From an uncultured Methylococcaceae bacterium (lineage in GTDB: Bacteria; Pseudomonadota; Gammaproteobacteria; Methylococcales; UBA1147): a stretch of 64,000 bases of DNA. The stretch lies in assembly GCA_964528035.1 (NCBI GenBank), contig CAZGQY010000001.1, positions 5,084 to 69,083 of the forward strand. The letters are read 5' to 3'. A model generated the notes under the pieces. That model was not told where the DNA came from. It saw nothing but the letters and a program-made list of their open reading frames with translations, and searched no databases. A program made the position numbers and the translations under genes. This document shows positions 37,435 through 46,033 of this stretch, one piece after another; within the stretch, counting starts at the first letter, position 1; each line of letters starts with the position of its first letter.

Positions 37435-38412
37435 ATGCTGCATACTCTATATCAATCCAAGCTTCTAACCCGCACCTTTTTACTTTACAGCCTTTGTTTG
37501 CTGCAAGCCTGCGATTACTCGCCAAAAGCAAAAAAAACCTGGCCTCTTGCATCCGAGGGAATATTTTCCGCTGCGTTTGCAGGTCGACACGCGCTGTTCG
37601 GTTCAGTCAATGGCATAGCTTATCTTTGGGTACTGGGAAAAAAAGCACCCAAATATTCATGGCAGCATGGCAAAGACAACCCTGAAGGTATGGTAGCAGT
37701 AGCGATATCCGATAATGAAAAATACGCCCTGACAGCTCAACGTAACTCCCTTGCCTGGTGGCGAATAAAAGATGGCAAATTACTTAAATCATGGGGTTTC
37801 GATTTTATAAAATCACTTAGCCTGTCGAAAGACGGTCAATTTGCTCTCATTGGCCTGGCTGACCAGGCCGTCTACTTCACCCTGAAATATGGTAAAACAA
37901 TATATGCCTTCAAGCACGACAGCGGTATCAGCGCCACCGCCCTTTCCAATGACCTGCGATATGCGTTGACTGGCGCAGACAATGCCAGCGTTATTCTCTG
38001 GAATTTAAAAAACGGTAAAAAAGTGCATACATGGCAACACACAACAAAAATTTCCTCATTGGCTCTGGATCCAAAAAACAGGTATGCGATGACCAATGAA
38101 GCTTTGGGTAAAACCCAAATTTGGTCAATAAAAAGTGGAAAGCTAAAAAGAACACTGGGGCCAAAGCTGATGACCGTATCCTCTGCCACATTCTCACCGA
38201 ATGGAAAATATCTCGCCACAGGCCGAACATCTCAGCGCATAGATTTATGGAAAATCAAAACCGGAAAAAATATAAAGCACTGGACACCAAAAAAATCAGA
38301 AACGTGGCGACCTTCTGCCTCAACAATACTCGCACTTGAATTTCTACCCACAGGAAAGAAACTGTTAAGTGCCTCTTCAAATGGCTACGCGCAATTGTGG
38401 AAAACCAGATAA
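37435..38412 (+). CDS. WD40-repeat lipoprotein
   Basis: The signal peptide has the lipobox LLQAC. Repeated WD-like units are present (WWRIKDGKLLKSW, LWNLKNGKKVHTW, IWSIKSGKLKRTL, LWKIKTGKNIKHW, AQLWKT). Confidence 0.7.
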   Translation: MLHTLYQSKLLTRTFLLYSLCLLQACDYSPKAKKTWPLASEGIFSAAFAGRHALFGSVNGIAYLWVLGKKAPKYSWQHGKDNPEGMVAVAISDNEKYALTAQRNSLAWWRIKDGKLLKSWGFDFIKSLSLSKDGQFALIGLADQAVYFTLKYGKTIYAFKHDSGISATALSNDLRYALTGADNASVILWNLKNGKKVHTWQHTTKISSLALDPKNRYAMTNEALGKTQIWSIKSGKLKRTLGPKLMTVSSATFSPNGKYLATGRTSQRIDLWKIKTGKNIKHWTPKKSETWRPSASTILALEFLPTGKKLLSASSNGYAQLWKTR

Positions 38413-38611
38413 ACTGATGACTCGTCCACGAATCAGCCTGAACAAAAGGATACAACTCTATTTTAATCCAATCCAAAAAAAAGTATATCGAGCAACTCTT
38501 TATAAATAGATAGATCTATTCGCACAATCGTTAGCGAACGGGTACTCTACAGCTCACCCGGTTATAATTTCCCCTCTAAATCTAATAACACCCCGGAAAC
38601 CGATAACAATT

Positions 38612-39325
38612 ATGAACCAAACTCCCAAATCTATCGACACAGCGGATCGCCTGATCATGGCACTTGATCTACCCACTATAGCCGACGCTAAAGAATTGGT
38701 CACAGAACTTGGAGACAGTGTTCAGTTTTACAAAATCGGGTTGGAATTGTTTATGGCAGGAGGGTATTTCGAACTCATCCATTGGTTACGGCAAAAAAAT
38801 AAAAAGGTATTTGCTGATCTTAAATTTTTTGATGTGCCAGCTACTGTAGGACGCGCAGTGCGCGCATTGAGCGATAAAGATATACAGTTCGCAACAATTC
38901 ATGGCAACGACTCGATTATGGCCAGTGCTGCAAAAGAAAAAGGTAGCCTGAAAATTCTCGCAGTAACCGTACTCACCAGTTTGGATCGGGGCGATCTCAA
39001 TGACCTTGGATTCGTCTGCGACGTGCAAAAACTGGTTTTATCAAGAGCCAGACGCGCGCTTGCTCTCGGTTGCGATGGAGTGGTTTCATCAGGATTGGAA
39101 ATACCGCTGCTTAGAGCAGAAATCGATCAACAATTATTAGTCGTTTCTCCCGGTATCCGCCCCGTTGACAACCGCCCGGACGATGATCAAAAACGGGTAG
39201 TCACAGTAGAAGAGGCATTCCGCAATGGCGCTGATTATATCGTTGTCGGCCGACCCATTCGTGATGCAGAAAAACCTCGGGATGCCGCGTTGAATATACA
39301 AAACCAGATTGCGGCTCTATTTTAG
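38612..39325 (+). CDS. pyrF: orotidine 5'-phosphate decarboxylase
   Basis: 237-aa ORF with LIMALDL, FYKIGLELF, VFADLKFFDVPATV and IVVGRPI motifs. Confidence 0.9.
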   Translation: MNQTPKSIDTADRLIMALDLPTIADAKELVTELGDSVQFYKIGLELFMAGGYFELIHWLRQKNKKVFADLKFFDVPATVGRAVRALSDKDIQFATIHGNDSIMASAAKEKGSLKILAVTVLTSLDRGDLNDLGFVCDVQKLVLSRARRALALGCDGVVSSGLEIPLLRAEIDQQLLVVSPGIRPVDNRPDDDQKRVVTVEEAFRNGADYIVVGRPIRDAEKPRDAALNIQNQIAALF

Positions 39326-39383
39326 GCCACTTCATTATTCTCGGACAGCCTCCTAGACGTCCCAATTTGAGTTAATTTCCTGT

Positions 39384-42032
39384 TTAAGATTCATCGAGCC
39401 CGCTCGCAGCACTACTAATACCATTTCCCTGATCTCTTACGAAATTATTTCTCAACCGATTAAATGCTGAATGCAAAGTTTTATCCATCACCACTTCGTT
39501 TTCAATAGAAACAATAACACGGGTCAATTCTGGAATTTTTGTTTTCGTTGATATCAAATAGATAGGTTGCACATACAAGATCGAATTCCCCATTGGTAAA
39601 ATAATCATACGACCCCGTACCACCTTGGAACCATGTTGATCCCATAAAGTGAATTGTGCGGATATTTCAGGGCTTTGGTCTATTAGCGCATCAACTTGAG
39701 CCGGGCCATTTACCTGTATATCTTTGTTAAAATTGTAAATACTAATGTGAGGCGAATAAACAGATGAACAAGTCTTTTTATCCAGAATTCCGGCAATGCC
39801 AATCATACTGAGATTATCTCTATTAATGGGTGTCATCGGATTAATCATTACAAACTCTTCTTTGTCATTACAATTACCAAAATCCATCGTAATGTAATAG
39901 GGAAGTACAGGTTTATCTTCTACATTCGCAAATTGCCAGGTTTCAGCTTGTTCATAGAATAACTCCGGACTTTTCTGATGATATTTGGCAAACACTTTCA
40001 TTTGCAATTCGAATATGTCTCTGGGATAACGCAAATGCGCTTGCAATGCGGCGGGCATTTTGCTCAGATTTCTGAATACTCCCGGATAAGCACTATCATA
40101 AGCTTGAATGATTGCATCTGAAGGATCTGAAATATAAAATCGAGTCGTACCATCATAAGCATCGACAGTTATTTTTACCGAATTCCGAATATAATTGAAT
40201 TCATGTTCTCCGTTCAAAAACTCGTCTTCTGCTGGTTTTGCGATCGGATATTTGTTTGACAAGGTATAGGCATCCTGTATCCAGAAAAACCGATCCCCGG
40301 TAACAACTAAATAGGGATCTTTATCCAAATGTAAATAGGGTGCCAGTTTATTGATGCGCTTAACAATGTTTCGGCGCATACGCATCTTGCTGTTTCTGGA
40401 AACATTCGGAGATAAAAATATATTAGTTTCCTGGAAATAATTAGAAAACAGCATTTTTCGAAAAAATGAACGGATCGGTATACCACCTTTCCCCTCATAT
40501 TTTCCAGAATTCTCAGCAAAAGAAGAGTCTGCCCCTGAAAGACCAACAACATTCAGCTTATTAGGAACGATGGCATAGTGATAATCTTCCATGCCATAGT
40601 AAATATCCGGTTTTTTAATCTTAAAACCCACGTCAGAATGTAAGTTCAAATCTCGTAAATACCAAATTATTGGCTTTGCAGCATCCTGAGCCGCCGGGGT
40701 TATAACAGCACCATAGCCATGGGTGTATCGCAAGTGTCGGTTCTCCCAGTTCTGCGCTTCCTTAGGCAGTTTTGAGATATTAATTTCTCGTGCTGCTAAA
40801 TTCACCTGTTGCTGATGCCCATGCAAAAAATAGCGATCTTCGTCAACACCCGGAAAACTATAGTACGCTCGAAGACCTTGCAATTGCCTGTAACCATCGG
40901 ACAAATGTTCTCGATCCCAAACGGGTATATTTTCCAAATGTTGTTGATGGGCCCAATTTTCAATATCCTGGCTGGCTTGAAGTTTTGCGTCAAAAGCTAT
41001 GGTATCGGTGTGTTTGAGATCATAGGCTGCCAGTGTTGCATCAATATTGTGCTGCATAAAAATCTTTTCAGTTTTTACCGGATTGGGCGCAACAATAAAT
41101 GCATTAAGCATGTCGGGTATAAATTGAATGTTTTGTAGTCCCAGAAACAGCAAAAATGCGCCAAACGATACACCAATTGGCATCAAACTTCGGTGTTTTT
41201 CTGAAAATATGTACACAATACTGGCAACTGCAGCAGTGACAAAGCTAATGATACTTAACCATATGAGTGGTAACAGATATCGAATTTCAACAAAACCCGG
41301 GCCAAAAAAAACAGGTTCATGGCGATCTACATACAATAGAGAAAAGCGATCCAGCATAAACCCCCACACCACATACATAACGACAAACAATACTAATATA
41401 GTCAGATGGACCTTAGCTCCCAGCGGGAGTTCTTTGTTCTGAGTGGGTGCAAATTTGCGCTCAATCCAATATAGACAAGCCACTAGAATAAGCAATAATA
41501 CAGCGGTTACCAGAAGCTCTTTCTGGATCAGCAAATAGACCGGGTAGGAAAACATATAAAAGCTGGTATCGTTACCATAAACCGATTCCGTGACACCAGA
41601 GGGAGAGCCAAAGAAATAAAGAATGGCTGATTCCCATTGAAAATAGAATGGCAAAGCGATGGCGACTGCCAGTATAAATGATAACGGGGTATAAATTTTG
41701 AATGAGCCACTCTTGAAGTTATTCGCAAAATTTTGCAACTTCTGGCGTTTATTATCATCGGCCAAAACTTCATCTTTAGGATTTAATCCCAAGTATCTTG
41801 AGGCTACCCAAAAGTGGAAAAAAAAGATGCAGAAAAATAACAGCGTGACGCCGCCGGACAGAAAAAAGCGATACAGTAATCTAAGCCAGTAATAACCCTC
41901 AAATTCAAGTGAACGGAACCACCATAAATCCACAAAAAGATCGAGGAATATAAAATAAAAAGCGACATAGGCAATAACAATTATCAATAGTGCCGCACCA
42001 ATATAAGCGGCTAAAGTTTTCCAGTTCCGCAT
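39384..42032 (-). CDS. UPF0182 (COG1615) family large polytopic membrane protein
   Basis: I chose the start at ATG 42032 (AGAGGA 4 nt upstream), giving 882 aa. It is collinear with actinobacterial UPF0182 proteins from memory (DLWWFRSLEF, RHLRYTHGYGAVITPA, YIRNSVKITVDAYDGTTRFY, HLRYPRDIFELQMKVFAKYH). It has about 7 N-terminal TM helices. Confidence 0.85.
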   Translation of the reverse strand: MRNWKTLAAYIGAALLIIVIAYVAFYFIFLDLFVDLWWFRSLEFEGYYWLRLLYRFFLSGGVTLLFFCIFFFHFWVASRYLGLNPKDEVLADDNKRQKLQNFANNFKSGSFKIYTPLSFILAVAIALPFYFQWESAILYFFGSPSGVTESVYGNDTSFYMFSYPVYLLIQKELLVTAVLLLILVACLYWIERKFAPTQNKELPLGAKVHLTILVLFVVMYVVWGFMLDRFSLLYVDRHEPVFFGPGFVEIRYLLPLIWLSIISFVTAAVASIVYIFSEKHRSLMPIGVSFGAFLLFLGLQNIQFIPDMLNAFIVAPNPVKTEKIFMQHNIDATLAAYDLKHTDTIAFDAKLQASQDIENWAHQQHLENIPVWDREHLSDGYRQLQGLRAYYSFPGVDEDRYFLHGHQQQVNLAAREINISKLPKEAQNWENRHLRYTHGYGAVITPAAQDAAKPIIWYLRDLNLHSDVGFKIKKPDIYYGMEDYHYAIVPNKLNVVGLSGADSSFAENSGKYEGKGGIPIRSFFRKMLFSNYFQETNIFLSPNVSRNSKMRMRRNIVKRINKLAPYLHLDKDPYLVVTGDRFFWIQDAYTLSNKYPIAKPAEDEFLNGEHEFNYIRNSVKITVDAYDGTTRFYISDPSDAIIQAYDSAYPGVFRNLSKMPAALQAHLRYPRDIFELQMKVFAKYHQKSPELFYEQAETWQFANVEDKPVLPYYITMDFGNCNDKEEFVMINPMTPINRDNLSMIGIAGILDKKTCSSVYSPHISIYNFNKDIQVNGPAQVDALIDQSPEISAQFTLWDQHGSKVVRGRMIILPMGNSILYVQPIYLISTKTKIPELTRVIVSIENEVVMDKTLHSAFNRLRNNFVRDQGNGISSAASGLDES

Positions 42033-42545
42033 AATTTCCTCTTTAAAATTAATTTTTAGCTCTTGAAAATCATATGGCTGACTAAATCTGCCATCTAAAC
42101 GCTTATTATTCAAAAATTCATCATGACATGTGTCTAAATGATTTTTTTCGAAATCATTCTATCATTCAAAGCATACGAGACGATCTTATTCATATTGACA
42201 TCAATACGCAATATTGAAATGCACGACCTCGGTTATTCTCTACCTCCTGGTGAGGCATTAACCGGTACAGTTTAAATGCGATGGAATTTTTGGTGAAATT
42301 TGCCACATGAAGCTACGTCAGACAAATTTGCCGATAATTTGTCAACGACGTTCAGCGATATTTTATCTTATGCCTTACTCTCGCTCATTTACGATAAGTA
42401 TTAACCTAAGTGTTGCAAGCGACGACACGACTCCGGGATAAAGAGAAACAGCATCCAAACTGATGACTGTAGGATACCGGAGGTAACAGGGACAATGCGA
42501 ATTTCACATAATAGCTTCCCATAAATCCAGTAATTTAGAACAACC

Positions 42546-42779
42546 CTATTTCTTACAAATAAAAAAACACTGCGTTCCATCGGCCTCAGAATATTCAAGA
42601 ATCCGGTTTCCCGTTTGCTCAGAAAATACACCGATATCCAGATGTGCAGCAGGGTCGGTTGCCAAGACTCGAACCACTTCTCCACTCTGCATACTCACCA
42701 ATGTTTTTTTCAATCGCAGAAGTGGCAGGGGGCAAATTAATCCACTCGCGTCCACATCATAATCAAACTCTATCGCCAT
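42546..42779 (-). CDS. TusA/SirA-like sulfur carrier protein
   Basis: The 77-aa form from ATG 42779 (MAIEFDYDVDASGLICPLPLLRLKKTL...) contains the CPxP active-site motif and has the typical TusA length. The longer ORF from 42893 would add a hydrophobic N-terminal extension. Confidence 0.7.
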   Translation of the reverse strand: MAIEFDYDVDASGLICPLPLLRLKKTLVSMQSGEVVRVLATDPAAHLDIGVFSEQTGNRILEYSEADGTQCFFICKK

Positions 42780-43025
42780 AACCAAATACTTTAAACCCAA
42801 AACAAAACCGAATAAAAAACCGATATAAAAACCGGCTATCGACGAATCATTATACACGGACAAAAGACTTCCGCCGCGTGTCGATGACGCCATTCCGATT
42901 TGTATTAATTAAGCTTTTTTTAGAGAGATTAGCTACTGCATCGGGGACGATACAGCAAAGCTTATTACAAGGAATTTCCTCACATTTCGAACAATCCATA
43001 GCCTTGTTCGGTGAAAAGATACCTC

Positions 43026-43541
43026 CTATTTAATGATAACCAATGTGTTTGGATCGACACGATCAAATAGATCGACTATATCCCTATTCTTCATCCGTAT
43101 ACAGCCGTGAGAGTCCGGATACCCGGCTACACCATAATCAGGGCTGCCATGAATATAAATATATCGCCAGGAAGTATCGACCGTCCCAAAGCGGTTTTTC
43201 CCCGGTTCCAGCCCACTAAGCCACATAATACGCGACAGTATCCAATCGCGTCCCGGATATTGTTGATCCAAATGAGAATTAAACACCTCTCCCGTTTGCC
43301 GACGGCCAACAAATACCGCCCCTGTTGGTGCTCCAGCTCCAATCTTTACTCTGATACGGTGATAACCCCTGGGTGTACATTCACTGCCGAATTGTTCACC
43401 AGAACCATTTTTTGCTGTGGATACAGGATACGATTTCTGAATTCGTTCATTGTGAAATAAATCCAAGGTTTGGGAGGATAAATTCACTTTCAAAACACAT
43501 TTCTGATCAAATATGTGTCGACCAACGACTGAGACCATCAT
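43026..43541 (-). CDS. YkuD-domain L,D-transpeptidase-like protein without obvious signal peptide
   Basis: The active-site context is HGSPDYGVAGYPDSHGCIRMKNRDIVDLF. ATG 43541 overlaps the rlmD TGA (ATGA). Confidence 0.8.
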   Translation of the reverse strand: MMVSVVGRHIFDQKCVLKVNLSSQTLDLFHNERIQKSYPVSTAKNGSGEQFGSECTPRGYHRIRVKIGAGAPTGAVFVGRRQTGEVFNSHLDQQYPGRDWILSRIMWLSGLEPGKNRFGTVDTSWRYIYIHGSPDYGVAGYPDSHGCIRMKNRDIVDLFDRVDPNTLVIIK

Positions 43542-44866
43542 CGTTCAAATAATGCAATTGATTCGACATGAGAAGTCTGGGGAAACATATCCATGACACC
43601 CACTCCGGACATATCGTAACCCAGCTCATTGACCAATATGCCTGCATCCCGAGCCAAAGTCGAAGGATTACAGGAGACATACACGATCCTTTGAACACCA
43701 GAGGCAAATAGATATTTTAGGACATTTTGTGCGCCAGCACGCGATGGATCGAGAAGTGCGAGTGAATATTTCTGCTTAGCCCAACTTTCATTGACAAAAT
43801 CTGTTTCCAAATTAGCTGTATGAAATGCAATATTAGCTAGACCGTTGGCCGCCGCATTTGATTCGGCTTGAGCAACCAATCTTTTATCACCCTCAACACC
43901 CACCACCTGATCTGCACATCGAGCCAGGGCTAAAGTAAAATTGCCTATGCCACAAAAAAGATCAATAACCCGGTCATCCTGTGTCGGCCTGAGTAGTTGC
44001 AATGCTCGCTCAACCATCTTCCGATTCAACTCAACATTCACCTGAGTAAATTGCAAGGGCTCATATTGACAGACAATGTCATGAGCAGGCAGCGAATAAC
44101 TCAATAATTTGGCAACCCCGTTAATGGGCTCAACAGTATCGGGGCCACCCGACTGCAGGTACACATCAAATCCATGACATTCCCCAAAATCGGCAAACTT
44201 TTGCCGATCTTCGTCAGTCGCAGGATCCAAGGTACGAAAAACCACAGCACAAGCGAATTCCCCCACTGCAACTTCTATCTGGGGAATCCTGCTTCGAATA
44301 CTGAGTAAAGAAATCAATTCAGAAAAATCGTTGAGTTTCTCACCAATTTTGGGATGAAGCGTGGCACAGGATCTCATATCCGCAAGAAACGAATTGCCCT
44401 TCTCTCTATATCCGACCAGAACCCTGTTTTTCTTGGCTACATATTTCACTCCTAGCCGAGCTTTATGCCGATACCCCCAAAGCGGACCTTTCAGTGGTGA
44501 CCAGGGCGCCACACGATCCAGCTTGCCAATACGACTCAATTGTTCCTGTAACAATTGTTGCTTTATGTGGATTTGTTGATCAGCTACCAGATGTTGAATA
44601 CTACAACCGCCACAGACACCGAAATACTCACATTTGGGCTCAGTACGTAATTCTGATGCTTTGATGACGCGATAAACTTTTGCTTCAGCAAAATCACGTC
44701 GAATTGATGTGTATTTGAACTCGACAGTTTCACCGGGCAATGCTCCATCAATGAATGTCGCCATCCCGTCCACCCGGGCGACACCTTTACCATCATGGGA
44801 AAAAGAATCAACTTGGACGGTAAATATTTCTTCAGGTATTTTTCTTTTTCGCCGTCTGCCTGCCAT
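43538..44866 (-). CDS. rlmD: 23S rRNA (uracil1939-C5)-methyltransferase RlmD (RumA)
   Basis: 442-aa ORF. It has an N-terminal TRAM domain, the Fe-S cysteine cluster CEYFGVCGGCSIQH, the SAM motif DLFCGIGNF and the catalytic region YVSCNPSTLARD. Confidence 0.85.
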   Translation of the reverse strand: MAGRRRKRKIPEEIFTVQVDSFSHDGKGVARVDGMATFIDGALPGETVEFKYTSIRRDFAEAKVYRVIKASELRTEPKCEYFGVCGGCSIQHLVADQQIHIKQQLLQEQLSRIGKLDRVAPWSPLKGPLWGYRHKARLGVKYVAKKNRVLVGYREKGNSFLADMRSCATLHPKIGEKLNDFSELISLLSIRSRIPQIEVAVGEFACAVVFRTLDPATDEDRQKFADFGECHGFDVYLQSGGPDTVEPINGVAKLLSYSLPAHDIVCQYEPLQFTQVNVELNRKMVERALQLLRPTQDDRVIDLFCGIGNFTLALARCADQVVGVEGDKRLVAQAESNAAANGLANIAFHTANLETDFVNESWAKQKYSLALLDPSRAGAQNVLKYLFASGVQRIVYVSCNPSTLARDAGILVNELGYDMSGVGVMDMFPQTSHVESIALFER

Positions 44867-45116
44867 CGAATGCTCATTCTTAACTAGAGAGTTTGCGTAT
44901 TTATTGAGTGTGTTTGAGCTAAAGGGCCAAACCGTTAAAACTCAGGGTATAAAAACCCTGGTAGCCCACCGTGGTGGTATTGACAGGTATATCACCAATA
45001 AAGCGGTCTACTGCGTAGTTACACTTGCTTGACACGTAACCGACCACTTCCTATATAAGCTATCCTCCAATACAATCTGAACAGAGCACCAGATTTCGTG
45101 ACCGCGAAAGCCAAAC

Positions 45117-45146
45117 AAAAAACTGACTGCAATTATTGCCAGTCAG
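45117..45146 (-). terminator. rho-independent terminator after cysM
   Basis: On the minus strand: a 7-bp stem CTGACTG / CAGTCAG with a 10-nt loop, followed by TTTTTT. The stem includes the cysM stop codon. Confidence 0.6.
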
Positions 45147-46033
45147 GCTGGAAATACATCTGTCGACAAATAACGGTCACCTCGGTCACAAATGATTGTC
45201 ACGATAACCGAGTCAGTAATCTCCCGCGACAGCCTCAAAGCAGCTGCAACTGCACCACCCGAAGAAATTCCAGAAAATACCCCTTCTTTCGAGGACATTA
45301 AGCGTGTCGTTTCTTCTGCTTCTTCCTGACTCACATCGATAATTCTATCAACCCGATCTGCATTATAAATCTTCGGTAAATAAGCCTCAGGCCAACGTCG
45401 AATTCCAGGAATCTTTGCATCCGCCAGGGGTTGTACGCCAATAATTTGTATTTCTGGATTTTTCTCTTTTAAAAACTGAGAAGTACCCATAATTGTCCCG
45501 GTTGTACCCATAGAGCTCACAAAATGAGTGACTTGTCCGTCAGTATCTCTCCAAATTTCCGGGCCAGTACCCTCATAGTGTGCACGGGGATTATCAGGAT
45601 TTGAGAACTGATCCAGTATTTTACCTATACCATCGGTTTCCATCTGCCTGGATTTATCAATCGCGGCCTCCATACTACCTTCTGCAGGAGTAAGAATTAT
45701 CTCAGCACCAAATGCCTTCATGACTGCTCGACGTTCAACACTCATATTATCAGGCATAATCAATATCATTCGATAACCTTTGATCGCAGCCGCCATTGCC
45801 AATGCAATTCCAGTATTACCACTGGTCGCTTCTATCAAACAATCCCCCGGTTTAATTTCTCCCCGCAATTCAGCATGCCTGATCATACTAATCGCTGGTC
45901 TGTCTTTTACAGATCCAGCTGGATTATTACCTTCTAATTTAACCAGGAAGGTATTGCGAGTATTACCCGGCAATCGTTGCAGCTTTACCAAAGGCGTGTT
46001 ACCCACAAAAGATTCAAGGGATAAGACACGCAT
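45143..46033 (-). CDS. cysM: cysteine synthase B (O-acetylserine sulfhydrylase)
   Basis: 296-aa ORF with the PLP-lysine context NPAGSVKDRPA, plus EATSGNTGIALA and GTTGTIMG. Its start ATG overlaps the upstream TAA by 1 nt (TAATG at 46031-46035). Confidence 0.85.
   Translation of the reverse strand: MRVLSLESFVGNTPLVKLQRLPGNTRNTFLVKLEGNNPAGSVKDRPAISMIRHAELRGEIKPGDCLIEATSGNTGIALAMAAAIKGYRMILIMPDNMSVERRAVMKAFGAEIILTPAEGSMEAAIDKSRQMETDGIGKILDQFSNPDNPRAHYEGTGPEIWRDTDGQVTHFVSSMGTTGTIMGTSQFLKEKNPEIQIIGVQPLADAKIPGIRRWPEAYLPKIYNADRVDRIIDVSQEEAEETTRLMSSKEGVFSGISSGGAVAAALRLSREITDSVIVTIICDRGDRYLSTDVFPA

Noticed and set aside
37410-37685. A 91-aa ORF overlapping the start of the WD40 lipoprotein gene.
   Set aside because: It is in a different frame of the same strand over a gene with a clear lipoprotein signal and WD repeats. 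It has no independent support.
42780-42893. A longer TusA-like ORF whose extension would add a TM-like helix (IAGFYIGFLFGFVLGL), giving a membrane-anchored TusA.
   Set aside because: The 77-aa form from ATG 42779 matches the canonical TusA length. Neither start has a good SD, so the membrane-anchored version cannot be supported from the sequence alone. I kept it as a note on the feature.
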